In this document: positions 53,441 to 62,600 of the stretch, in pieces
How the letters are laid out: the number at the start of each line of letters is the position of its first letter
How positions within the stretch are numbered: the stretch's first letter is position 1
From: Dehalococcoidia bacterium
GTDB taxonomy: Bacteria > Chloroflexota > Dehalococcoidia > Lucifugimonadales > QGNO01
NCBI GenBank assembly: GCA_963667055.2
Contig: OY762956.1
Span: forward strand, 208,023-272,022
Direction of reading: 5' to 3'
Length of the DNA: 64,000 bases
Notes under the pieces: model-generated
The model's input: only the letters and a program-made list of their open reading frames with translations
What the model was told of the DNA's origin: nothing
Databases searched by the model: none
Position numbers and translations under genes: made by a program

Positions 53441-53472
53441 GTTAGACCCTTCGACACGCTCAGGGCGAGCGG
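53441..53472. repeat. dispersed short repeat (family D)
   Basis: 'ggttagacccttcgacacgctcagggcgagcgg' lies between convergent genes. Confidence 0.45.
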
Positions 53473-53500
53473 GTATGGGGCGCAGTTGTGCAAGAGAACT

Positions 53501-53986
53501 CTAAGTCCGCGGAGCCTCGCCCATAGCGTAGCGAAAGTCACAATGTGAAGCGCCCTGCATTATCGTCTGGGTTCTGGCCAGCTTGATTTCGGGATTGAAC
53601 CCCTGCGACATGGCGAAGTCGCGTCCGCAAGAAAGCAAGAACCCCAGCTCTGGGATGCCCAGCTCTTTGTACATCTCGGCATACCGGCAACGCACTACGT
53701 TAAACGAATACTGCTCCTCATCTTGCTCAATCGTCTCCGTCTCTATGGCAGCGTTTCTTGTCCACGGTTCCTTGGCCCTGGCAAAGGTCGTCAGGTCGTT
53801 ACCGCCCACACGCTCAGCCAGGGCTCTGCCCTGTTCCCTTGCGATTTCCACAATGGTGCGGCCAATGATCTCTCTGGCCTTCTCTTCGCCAATCTCCCCG
53901 GCGAATGCCCTGAACACGGGACCCAGGACGCCCGCTTCAATCCGGCGTCTGTCAAGAACGCTCATTTCATCTATATTGAAGGTCAT
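53501..53986 (-). CDS. L-2-amino-thiazoline-4-carboxylic acid hydrolase-like protein
   Basis: 161-aa ORF with 'FNVVRCRYAEMYKELG..ELGFLLSCGRDFAMSQGFNP...TIMQGASHCDFRY', as I recall for the ATC-hydrolase (PF14196) family. Moderate certainty only. Confidence 0.45.
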   Translation of the reverse strand: MTFNIDEMSVLDRRRIEAGVLGPVFRAFAGEIGEEKAREIIGRTIVEIAREQGRALAERVGGNDLTTFARAKEPWTRNAAIETETIEQDEEQYSFNVVRCRYAEMYKELGIPELGFLLSCGRDFAMSQGFNPEIKLARTQTIMQGASHCDFRYAMGEAPRT

Positions 53987-54182
53987 GTCGCTCCTCCAAG
54001 CAGCCCAACTGGCAAAGCTATCTTATCAGATGAGGAGCCAACCAAATACGCCGCCGCTGATAGGCTCGGCAGCGTATTTGTGAAAAACGCGAAACGTCAT
54101 GTGTTGCGCCTTGCAAAGTAATGTGCTAGCATCTCCCAAGCTTTTTTCAGGCAGGCCTGAAGCAGTCATTAACTTGAGCTAA

Positions 54183-55745
54183 ATGGCTATCGAAAAAAAG
54201 ACCAACGAACGCTTGGCGGACCTGCGTGAGCTTCGGGAACGAGGCCGCGAAGGCGGCGGCAAGAAGCGCATCGAGCAGCAACACGCTAAGGGCAAACTGA
54301 CGGCCCGTGAGCGGGTTGAACTGTTCCTCGACGAAGGTTCATTCAAAGAGCTCGACCCGTTCGTTACCCAGTGGTCCACCGGCCCCGGAAAGGACGGCGA
54401 CCTTCATCCCGGCGACGCCGTCGTCGCGGGCTACGGCACGGTGCATGGCCGTCTTGTCTACCTGTACTCCCAGGACTTCACCGTCTACGGCGGCTCATTG
54501 TCGGAAGCCGTCGCCGAAAAGATTTGCAAAGTCATGGACATGGCCATGAAGAACGGCGCTCCCGTGGTGGGACTCATAGACTCGGGGGGAGCCCGAATTC
54601 AGGACGGCGTAATAAGCCTGGCAGGCTACGGCGACATCTTTCTCAGGAACACCATGGCGTCCGGCGTGGTGCCCCAGATTTCGGTCATCCTGGGGCCTTG
54701 TGCCGGCGGCGCGGTCTACTCACCCGCCATTACGGACTTCGTTTTCATGGCCGACGGCAACGGGCAGATGTACATCACCGGCCCGGACGTCATCAAGGCC
54801 GCCACCGGCGAGGTGGTCGACCACGAGTCCCTGGGCGGAGCCGACACGCACGCCCGTCTCAGCGGCATGTCCCACTTCACGCTTCCCACGGAGCAGGAGA
54901 CCCTGGACGAAGTGCGGCGTCTCCTCAGCTTCCTCCCTCAAAACAACATGGAAGACCCGCCGTCCGTCATCTCCTTTGACGATTCGACCCGTACGGATGA
55001 GGCGCTGGGCGAGATGGTCCCCGACGACCCCATCAAAGCCTACGACATGCAGGACGTCATCTTCAGAATTGTGGACGACGGCGATTTCATGGAAGTCCAG
55101 CGGCTCTTCGCCCCCAATATAATCGTGGGGTTCGCGCGTATGGCCGGCTCTCCCGTTGGCATAGTGGCGCAGCAGCCGGCTTACCTGGCGGGCGTCCTCG
55201 ACATAGACGCCTCCGACAAAGCGTCGCGTTTCGTGCGCTTCTGCGACGCTTTCAACATTCCCATCGTCACCCTGGTGGACGTGCCCGGATACTTGCCGGG
55301 CGCCGACCAGGAACACCGGGGCATCATTCGCCACGGCGCAAAGCTCATCTACGCCTATGCCGAGGCCACCGTCCCCAAAGTGACGGTGATCACTCGCAAG
55401 GCATACGGCGGCGCGTACATAGTCATGGGCAGCAAGCACCTGCGCGCCGACATCAACCTGGCATGGCCCACGGCGGAGATAGCCGTCATGGGGCCGGAAG
55501 GCGCGGTAAGCATAATAAACCGTGCCCAGATCGCCGAGTCGGACAACCCCGAGAAAATGAAGACAAAGCTGGCCCAAAAGTACCGCAAGCAGTTCGCCCA
55601 TCCTTACATAGCCGCCGGACGCGGTTACATAGATGACATCATCGATCCGGTGGAGACCCGCCCTCAAATCATAAGAGCCCTGGAAATGCTGAAGAACAAA
55701 CGGGACAGCCTGCCGCCAAAGAAACACGGCAGCATTCCTCTATAG
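54183..55745 (+). CDS. acyl-CoA carboxylase carboxyltransferase (beta) subunit (propionyl-/methylmalonyl-CoA type)
   Basis: 520-aa ORF. 'GKLTARERVELFLDEGSF', 'GGSLSEAVAEKICKVMDMA', 'GPCAGGAVYSPA' and 'RKAYGGAYIVM' are hallmark carboxyltransferase N and C domains. Confidence 0.9.
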   Translation: MAIEKKTNERLADLRELRERGREGGGKKRIEQQHAKGKLTARERVELFLDEGSFKELDPFVTQWSTGPGKDGDLHPGDAVVAGYGTVHGRLVYLYSQDFTVYGGSLSEAVAEKICKVMDMAMKNGAPVVGLIDSGGARIQDGVISLAGYGDIFLRNTMASGVVPQISVILGPCAGGAVYSPAITDFVFMADGNGQMYITGPDVIKAATGEVVDHESLGGADTHARLSGMSHFTLPTEQETLDEVRRLLSFLPQNNMEDPPSVISFDDSTRTDEALGEMVPDDPIKAYDMQDVIFRIVDDGDFMEVQRLFAPNIIVGFARMAGSPVGIVAQQPAYLAGVLDIDASDKASRFVRFCDAFNIPIVTLVDVPGYLPGADQEHRGIIRHGAKLIYAYAEATVPKVTVITRKAYGGAYIVMGSKHLRADINLAWPTAEIAVMGPEGAVSIINRAQIAESDNPEKMKTKLAQKYRKQFAHPYIAAGRGYIDDIIDPVETRPQIIRALEMLKNKRDSLPPKKHGSIPL

Positions 55746-55753
55746 GTGTATCT

Positions 55754-55951
55754 ATGATCGAAGACAAGCGGCCAGAGGACACCAGCGAAGTCGCCTCTTT
55801 TTGGGCGGCCATCAGCAACATTGTCAATGCTGCCCCGTCAAGCCGCCAGCATTCTCTGATCAATCGGAAGAGCAACCCCTGGAAGGCCGGACTTGTCGAA
55901 TCTTTCTCCCGGAACCTGCTGTGGCAGGGACTTGGCTGGGGTCGAATATAG
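55754..55951 (+). CDS. small ORF, possibly an acyl-CoA carboxylase epsilon-like subunit
   Basis: 65-aa ORF 8 nt downstream of the carboxyltransferase gene. The position and size recall AccE/PccE-type subunits. It has no clear RBS and weak sequence support. Confidence 0.25.
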   Translation: MIEDKRPEDTSEVASFWAAISNIVNAAPSSRQHSLINRKSNPWKAGLVESFSRNLLWQGLGWGRI

Positions 55952-56147
55952 TCCGCGCCCCTTCCGTTGCTCTAATCCATTTTCCTGATATAATCCGCCT
56001 AGCTGAAAGCAGCCGGTCAATACTTCAAAATGCGCGAAGGCGCTCTTGCATTGCGACCTCTGTCGCCTGGATCCACGGACGGAAAAAGCCGTCAAGTACA
56101 ACTCACTATATTGTGCAGTGTGCTTGTTTGCCCGAAAGGAGTTAGGT

Positions 56148-57350
56148 TTGACCAATAATCAGGTTTCTGAAAAGGCCAGGGAGCATTTTGGAGTCATAGT
56201 CCAACAGCAGCTGGACCGGGTGGAACGACTCAAAACGGAAGACGCCGCCACCGACTTCTCCAACGTGAAGCCCATCATCATCGGCGTCATAGGCGGCGAC
56301 GGCATCGGACCCGCCATCACCGCCGAGGCGCAGCGCGTCCTGGAGTATCTTCTGCGCGAGGAGGTGGACGGCGGCAAGGTGCGGTTCAAGGTGATCGAGG
56401 GGTTGACCATAGAGAACCGCGCCGAAAAGCTCCAGTCCATCCCCGACGACGTACTGGCGGAGATCAAGACTTGCCACGTCACGTTGAAGGGGCCCACCCA
56501 TACTCCTGAAAAGGGAGACGGCTGGCCCAACCTGGAGAGCGCCAACGTCGCCATGCGCCGCGAGCTCGACCTCTTTGCCAACGTGAGGCCGGTGCGCGTC
56601 CCGCAGGAAGACATCGACTGGACGTTCTTCCGGGAGAACACGGAGGACCTCTACGCCGTGGGCAGCCAGGGCATCAACATTACCGACGACCTCGCCATCG
56701 ACTTCCGCGTCATAACCACGCAGGGTTCGGAGCGCATCATAGAAGCCGCCTTTGCCCACGCCGCCAAGACGGGCAAGACCAACGTCACCGTAGTAACCAA
56801 GGCCAACGTGGTCAAGACCACCGACGGCAAATTCCTGGAAGTGGCTGGCAGAGTCGCGGAGCGCTACCCCGGCATCGACTGGGAAGGTTGGTACATAGAC
56901 ATCATGACGGCCAAGCTCTTGGACAAAGCGCGCCGCTCCAACTTCCAGGTGTTCGCTCTGCCCAATCTTTACGGCGACATCCTCACTGACGAAGCCGCCG
57001 AAATCCAGGGCGGCGTGGGCACCGCGGGCAGCGCCAACATCGGCAGGAAGAACGCCATGTTCGAAGCCATTCACGGAAGCGCCCCCCGCATGGTGCGCGA
57101 GGGCCGCGCTCAGTACGCCGACCCCAGTTCGATCATCCGCGCCGGCGCCATGATGCTGGAGCACATTGGCTACGGAGACCTGGGCGGAAGGCTCAACATG
57201 GCCCTGGAAGTGTGCGGCCAGTACGAGCGGAAGGTGATAACCACGGGCAGAGACAGCGGAGCAACCGCCCAGGAGTACGGCGATTACATAATGGCCACCG
57301 TGGAAGACCCGGGCCTTGAAGCCAAGTGGCAAGGGTACGTAAACGGCTGA
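56148..57350 (+). CDS. isocitrate/isopropylmalate dehydrogenase-family protein (NAD(P)-dependent beta-decarboxylating dehydrogenase)
   Basis: TTG at 56148 sits 7 nt after AAGGAG. '[14 protein letters not shown]', '[27 protein letters not shown]' and 'FEAIHGSAP'. Extended -10 'TGaTATAAT' at 55986-55994. Confidence 0.8.
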   Translation: MTNNQVSEKAREHFGVIVQQQLDRVERLKTEDAATDFSNVKPIIIGVIGGDGIGPAITAEAQRVLEYLLREEVDGGKVRFKVIEGLTIENRAEKLQSIPDDVLAEIKTCHVTLKGPTHTPEKGDGWPNLESANVAMRRELDLFANVRPVRVPQEDIDWTFFRENTEDLYAVGSQGINITDDLAIDFRVITTQGSERIIEAAFAHAAKTGKTNVTVVTKANVVKTTDGKFLEVAGRVAERYPGIDWEGWYIDIMTAKLLDKARRSNFQVFALPNLYGDILTDEAAEIQGGVGTAGSANIGRKNAMFEAIHGSAPRMVREGRAQYADPSSIIRAGAMMLEHIGYGDLGGRLNMALEVCGQYERKVITTGRDSGATAQEYGDYIMATVEDPGLEAKWQGYVNG

Positions 57351-57387
57351 ACCTATCCATAGCAACCAAACAAGGAGTACAGACGGA

Positions 57388-58323
57388 ATGCGTAAGAAGA
57401 TAACCGTAATCGGAGCCGGGCAGGTTGGAGCGACCACGGCGCAGCGCCTTTTCGAGCGAGGCTACGCCGACATTGTCCTCGTGGACATCGTTGAGGGTAT
57501 GCCTCAGGGCAAAGCCCTGGACATCCTTGAGTCGGGACCCGTCGTCGGGTCCGACGCCAGCATCGTTGGCAGCAACGACTACGACGCCACCGAAGGCTCC
57601 GACATCGTCGTCATCACTTCGGGGGTGGCCCGCAAGCCCGGCATGAGCCGCGACGACCTGCTGCTCACCAACATGAACATAGTGGGCGCGGTGACGCGGG
57701 AAGCCGCCAAACACTCCCCCGACTCCATCATCATCGTAGTGACCAATCCGCTGGACGCCATGGCGCAGCACTCATTCGAGGTAAGCGGCTTCCCCAGGGA
57801 GCGGGTCATAGGCCAGTCCGGCATCCTGGATACCGCTCGTTTCCGGACGTTCCTATCCCAAGAGCTGAATGTCTCCGTCAGGGACGTACAGGCCTACGTA
57901 TTGGGAGGGCACGGCGACACCATGGTGCCCATTGTCGGCTATACCACCGTGGGCGGCAGGCCGGTCAGCGAGTTGCTGCCCAAAGAGAGGCTGGACGCCA
58001 TTGTGCAGCGCACCCGCGACGGCGGCGGAGAGATTGTCGCTCTGCTCAAGACGGGCAGCGCCTACTACGCGCCGTCCGCCGGAGTGGCCGAAATGGTGGA
58101 CTCCATCGTCCTGGACCAGCATCGCATCCTTCCCTGCGCCGCCTACCTCCAGGGCGAATACGGGGTCAACGGCTACTTTGCGGGCGTGCCCGTAAAGCTG
58201 GGCGCGTCCGGCCTGGAAGAGGTCGTGGAGATAACGCTGTCGGCGGAGGAGCAGGCCATGCTCCAGAAGTCGGTGGACGCCGTGGAAGAGTTGGTCGGCG
58301 TCATGCACAGTTCCAGCAGCTAA
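57388..58323 (+). CDS. mdh: malate dehydrogenase (LDH-like MDH)
   Basis: '[15 protein letters not shown]', '[14 protein letters not shown]' and 'GGHGDTMVP'. Length 311 aa. Confidence 0.9.
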   Translation: MRKKITVIGAGQVGATTAQRLFERGYADIVLVDIVEGMPQGKALDILESGPVVGSDASIVGSNDYDATEGSDIVVITSGVARKPGMSRDDLLLTNMNIVGAVTREAAKHSPDSIIIVVTNPLDAMAQHSFEVSGFPRERVIGQSGILDTARFRTFLSQELNVSVRDVQAYVLGGHGDTMVPIVGYTTVGGRPVSELLPKERLDAIVQRTRDGGGEIVALLKTGSAYYAPSAGVAEMVDSIVLDQHRILPCAAYLQGEYGVNGYFAGVPVKLGASGLEEVVEITLSAEEQAMLQKSVDAVEELVGVMHSSSS

Positions 58324-58333
58324 GAGGGCACCC

Positions 58334-59638
58334 ATGGCAGCAACAAGAAAGCCGCAGAGCGCAGAGGAACGCAGCCTCCTGGAAAAGGCGCGGCGCAACA
58401 TGCCCGCCGGAGAAATGGGCAACGGCTCCGGCAGCTTTGCCGACGGCTTCATCGTGAAGGAGGGGCGAGGCTCCAAGCTCTACGACTTCAGCGGCAACGA
58501 GTACATCGATTACCTGCTGGGCTCCGGCCCGATGGTGCTGGGACACGCCCACCCATCGGTGGTGCAGGCTGTCCGCGACTACCTGGAGCGGGGCAGCACT
58601 TACTTCATACCCAATGCCCCCGCCATACAACTGGCCGCGGAGATTGCGGAGGCGGTGCCCTGCGCCGACCTGGTGCGCTTCACCACCAGCGGCACGGACG
58701 CCACCTTCCAGTGTATGCGCGCCGCCCGCGCCTATCGCAAGCGCGACAAGATACTGAAGTTCGAGGGCGGTTTCCACGGTACCAGCGATTACGCCCTGCA
58801 AAGCGTGACCCCCAAGAAGCTGCTCGACTTCCCGCAGCCTGAAGCAGGCTCCGCCGGCATACCGAAAGCGGTTACGGAGACCGTGCTCATAGCTCCCTAC
58901 AACGACTTGGAAACCACCTCCCACATCATCGCCGAGAACCACGACGAACTGGCCGGAGTCATAGTAGAGCCCATGCAGCGCATCCTCACCCCCATTGACG
59001 GCTTCCTGCAAGGACTCAGGGATATCACCGGCCAGTACGAGATTCCTCTGATATTCGATGAGGTGGTCACCGGCTTCCGCATGGCTTACGGAGGCGCGCA
59101 GGAGTTCTACAACGTGATACCGGACATGGCCGCTCTGGGGAAAATAGTTGGCGGCGGTTATCCCCTGGGCGCAGTGGCGGGACGGAGTGAAATCATGCAA
59201 GCCTACGATGCCTCATTGGCCGAAGAGGACGGTTTCGTCCCGCAGATCGGCACCTTGAACGGCAACCCCATCGCTGCTACTGCGGGTTTGGCCACGCTGG
59301 CCGAAATGCGTAAGCCCGGCGCTTACCGGCGGCTGCACGGCAGCGGCCACGCGCTCAAAACGGCGCTGCAAGAGATCATGGACCAGGCCGAGATCCCGGT
59401 CAGCGTGGTCGGCGACGACACTGTCTTCGACGCCTACTTCACCAGCGATCCAATCACCACCTACCGCTCAACACTGAACGCCGACGGCGCAATGTTGAAG
59501 CGGTTCAACGGCCTGCTTCTGGAGCGAGGCGTGCTCAAAGGCGGGCAGAAGTTCTATATGTCGTTGGCCCACACGGACGACGACATCCGGAAGACCATCG
59601 AAGCAATAGAAGAGGCCGCCAGGGAATTGCAGTCGTAG
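58334..59638 (+). CDS. class-III (PLP) aminotransferase, glutamate-1-semialdehyde aminomutase-like
   Basis: 'GSGPMVLGHAHPSVVQAV', 'FDEVVTGFRMAYGGAQEFY' and 'ALGKIVGGGYPLGAVAG' (PLP lysine). Confidence 0.85.
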   Translation: MAATRKPQSAEERSLLEKARRNMPAGEMGNGSGSFADGFIVKEGRGSKLYDFSGNEYIDYLLGSGPMVLGHAHPSVVQAVRDYLERGSTYFIPNAPAIQLAAEIAEAVPCADLVRFTTSGTDATFQCMRAARAYRKRDKILKFEGGFHGTSDYALQSVTPKKLLDFPQPEAGSAGIPKAVTETVLIAPYNDLETTSHIIAENHDELAGVIVEPMQRILTPIDGFLQGLRDITGQYEIPLIFDEVVTGFRMAYGGAQEFYNVIPDMAALGKIVGGGYPLGAVAGRSEIMQAYDASLAEEDGFVPQIGTLNGNPIAATAGLATLAEMRKPGAYRRLHGSGHALKTALQEIMDQAEIPVSVVGDDTVFDAYFTSDPITTYRSTLNADGAMLKRFNGLLLERGVLKGGQKFYMSLAHTDDDIRKTIEAIEEAARELQS

Positions 59639-59642
59639 TCCC

Positions 59643-60185
59643 CTAACCCATTCCGAGGCGCTGCCAGGCCATCAGCAGCGCGGCGATGCTCTTGCCGTCG
59701 TGCAGTTCGCCGTTGTTCACCATTTCCACCGCCCGCTCCAGGGGAACGACGACTCGTTCCACCTCCTCGTCCTCGTCGGGGTGGGCGTCTCCTTCCGTCA
59801 GGTCGGTGGCCAGGAAAGCGTGCATCTCTTCGTCGGTGAACCCGGGGGTGGTGAAGTAGCTGCCGAGGGGTGTCAGGCTTCCCGCCGTCAACCCCGTCTC
59901 CTCGCCGAGTTCCCTGCGGGCCGCCTGCGCCGGGTCTTCGCCGCGGTTCATCCTACCCGCGGGGACTTCCAACAAAGAATCGCCCACGGCTTTGCGGTAC
60001 TGCCTTACCAGGTGTACGTTCCCCCTGTCGTCCACCGGCACGATGGCAACCGCCGGCCCGTGCTCGATGACCTCCCTGGTAGCCTCCATTCCGTTGGACA
60101 GGGCGACCGTGTCCACGCGGAGGGAGAGTATCTTCCCGTCGAATATGCGCCTGCTGCTGATGGTGGGTTCCGGGTTGTCGGTCAT
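59643..60185 (-). CDS. NUDIX hydrolase (ADP-ribose pyrophosphatase-like)
   Basis: Nudix box 'GRMNRGEDPAQAARRELGEETG'. Length 180 aa. Confidence 0.85.
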   Translation of the reverse strand: MTDNPEPTISSRRIFDGKILSLRVDTVALSNGMEATREVIEHGPAVAIVPVDDRGNVHLVRQYRKAVGDSLLEVPAGRMNRGEDPAQAARRELGEETGLTAGSLTPLGSYFTTPGFTDEEMHAFLATDLTEGDAHPDEDEEVERVVVPLERAVEMVNNGELHDGKSIAALLMAWQRLGMG

Positions 60186-60192
60186 GCCGTTC

Positions 60193-61065
60193 CTAATGGG
60201 CGCGGTGTGGCACTTCCCAGGGATCGAGTCCCAGCTTCCGCACCAGGTCCGCGTAGTAATAGGCGGGCGGGTTGCCCCTGAGGAACCGCGCCGCCGACGC
60301 GCCCGCGCTTATCTCCACGCTGTCCCCGTAGTGGACTTCGACGTCTATGAACCCGTCGATCGCCAGCACGCCCCTGCTTTGCGATAAGAAGCTCATCTTG
60401 ACCCGGCTGGTCTGCGGCAGCGCCAGCGTCCACGACATGTCGAGATGAGGCGCGACGGGCGTCATCAGGATGTCCCGGGACTGCGGATGGAGTATCGGCC
60501 CGCCCGCCGACAGCGCGTATCCCGTGCTTCCCGTGGCGGTAGCCACAATCACCGCATCGGCGCGGTAGGTGGTCAACGGTTCGTCGTCCACGGTAATGCC
60601 AATCATGGACAGGCGCGCCACCTCTCCCCTGCCCATCACAACCTCGTTCAAGGCCTGGTACGTTCGGGCGTCGCCTTCCGCGCCGGCCCTGCGCACCGTG
60701 GCCTGTATCATGGCGCGTTCCTCTATCCAGCCGCTGCCGTCAAGGTACTTGTCCAGCTTCTGCAATGCTTCGTCAACGCGAAGCTCGGTCAAGAAACCGA
60801 ACCGTCCCATATTTATGCCCAGAATGGCTACCTGCTTGGGAGCCGCCATATGCGCCGTTCTCAGGATGGTGCCGTCGCCTCCCACCGTGATCAGCAGATT
60901 GACTCCAGCAGGCCAGTCGCCTTCCCTGACAGCTTCCAACTCTTGGACTGTATCCACCAAGGCACCGCTTCCCAGGCCGAGATGAGCGGCTATTGTTCGG
61001 GCAAGCTCCTTGGCCTCCGCAATCTGGGAGTTGTAGACGATTCCAACCGTGTCGCGGGAAATCAT
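60193..61065 (-). CDS. nadK: NAD kinase
   Basis: 'LLITVGGDGTILRTA', 'GINMGRFGFLTE' and 'ATATGSTGYALSAGGPI'. Confidence 0.9.
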   Translation of the reverse strand: MISRDTVGIVYNSQIAEAKELARTIAAHLGLGSGALVDTVQELEAVREGDWPAGVNLLITVGGDGTILRTAHMAAPKQVAILGINMGRFGFLTELRVDEALQKLDKYLDGSGWIEERAMIQATVRRAGAEGDARTYQALNEVVMGRGEVARLSMIGITVDDEPLTTYRADAVIVATATGSTGYALSAGGPILHPQSRDILMTPVAPHLDMSWTLALPQTSRVKMSFLSQSRGVLAIDGFIDVEVHYGDSVEISAGASAARFLRGNPPAYYYADLVRKLGLDPWEVPHRAH

Positions 61066-61100
61066 AGCCCTCTTAGGATAACGAACCGAAGCCCAGCAGT

Positions 61101-62594
61101 CTATCCGGCGGTGAGGAGGGTGCGGACCGCGCTCTCCGTAATTTCAAACAGCGGCCCGGGCAATACGCCAATGAGCAGAATCCCTATCGCGGAGACCGCC
61201 ACGGCTATGAATACGGGAGACGAATAGGCAATGCCCTCTTTCGCCTCTTCCGATTCGGCGGGCGTCAGGAACATGGTCTTCACGACCCTCAGGTAGTAGT
61301 AGGCCGACACCACGCTGTTGAGCACGCCGACAACCGCCAGCCACACCAAATCGCTGCTTACCGCCGCGTTGAACAGGTACAGCTTGCCCATGAACCCCGC
61401 CGTGGGCGGTATGCCTATCAGCGATATCATGGACAAAGCAAGTACGCCCGCCAAGAAGGGAGAACGCTTTGCCATTCCGGCAAGGTCGTCTATTTGCTCG
61501 CTGCCGGTGCGGTTGGCAATGGCCATCACGGCAAAGAAAGCGGCCAGGTTGGTGACGGCGTAGGCTGCCAGGTAGAAGAGCACACCGCTCGGCCCCAACC
61601 CGTCCACGCCGCCGGGCGAGCTTGCCGCCACTGCGGCCACTCCGACCAGGATGTATCCGGCTTGAGCTATCGTGCTGTAGCCCAGCAGCCGCTTCACGTT
61701 GCTCTGCAAAATCGCAACCAGGTTGCCGACCGTCATCGAAAGCACGGCGAGTACGGCAAAGAGGACGCTCCAGTCCACGTCCACGCTGCCAAACGCCACG
61801 TAGAAGACGCGTAGCAGAACCGCGAACCCCGCGGCCTTGCTGGCCACCGACAAGAAGGCGGCTACCGGCGTCGGAGATCCCTCGTAAACGTCGGGCACCC
61901 ACATCTGGAATGGAACCATCGATATCTTGAAGCCGAAGCCGACCACTATCAGCGTAATCCCGACGAGCATGACGTTGCTCCCGAAAGGCACGCTGCCGCT
62001 GCTGATGCTGCTCGCTATGACGTCCAGATGCGTGCTGCCGGTGAACGCATAGACCAGAACCATGCCGTACAGCAGCAGCGCCGAACTCACCGCGCCCAGC
62101 AGGAGGAACTTCAGACCGGCCTCGCTGGACCGTTCGTCCCGCATGAAAGCGGCCAGCGCCGCAATGGGCAAGGTCGCCAGTTCAAGGCTGACGTAGATGG
62201 ATACAAGCTCCTTGGTAGCCGCCACCAGCATCATGCCCACCGCGGATAGCAGGATTATGCCGTAGAACTCGCCCTGCGAACGGTGGAACTTCTCCGCGAA
62301 GTCCCTGGAACCCAGCACGACAAGCGCCGCGATGCTCAGCACCAGGAACTTGAAGAACAGGGCGAACTTGTCCACGACCACCGTATCGAATAGGCCGGTC
62401 AGCGCGCCGCCGCTCTCGGCGCTGACGTCGCCCCACAAGACGACGGCGAAGCCCGCCGGCACAAGCAAGCCCAGGACGGCGATTATGGGCAGGAGCCGCT
62501 TGTCGCGCAGCAACAGGTCGAGGACGACCACCACTCCCCCGACGGAAGCGAGCGCGATTTCCGGAGATATGAGATAGATGTCGTGTGCTGTCAT
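61101..62594 (-). CDS. nuoN: NADH-quinone oxidoreductase subunit N
   Basis: 497-aa polytopic antiporter-like subunit ('FKISMVPFQMWVPDVYEGSPTPVAAFLSVASK'). It lies downstream of the nuoM-like gene. Confidence 0.9.
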   Translation of the reverse strand: MTAHDIYLISPEIALASVGGVVVVLDLLLRDKRLLPIIAVLGLLVPAGFAVVLWGDVSAESGGALTGLFDTVVVDKFALFFKFLVLSIAALVVLGSRDFAEKFHRSQGEFYGIILLSAVGMMLVAATKELVSIYVSLELATLPIAALAAFMRDERSSEAGLKFLLLGAVSSALLLYGMVLVYAFTGSTHLDVIASSISSGSVPFGSNVMLVGITLIVVGFGFKISMVPFQMWVPDVYEGSPTPVAAFLSVASKAAGFAVLLRVFYVAFGSVDVDWSVLFAVLAVLSMTVGNLVAILQSNVKRLLGYSTIAQAGYILVGVAAVAASSPGGVDGLGPSGVLFYLAAYAVTNLAAFFAVMAIANRTGSEQIDDLAGMAKRSPFLAGVLALSMISLIGIPPTAGFMGKLYLFNAAVSSDLVWLAVVGVLNSVVSAYYYLRVVKTMFLTPAESEEAKEGIAYSSPVFIAVAVSAIGILLIGVLPGPLFEITESAVRTLLTAG

Positions 62595-62600
62595 CCGTTC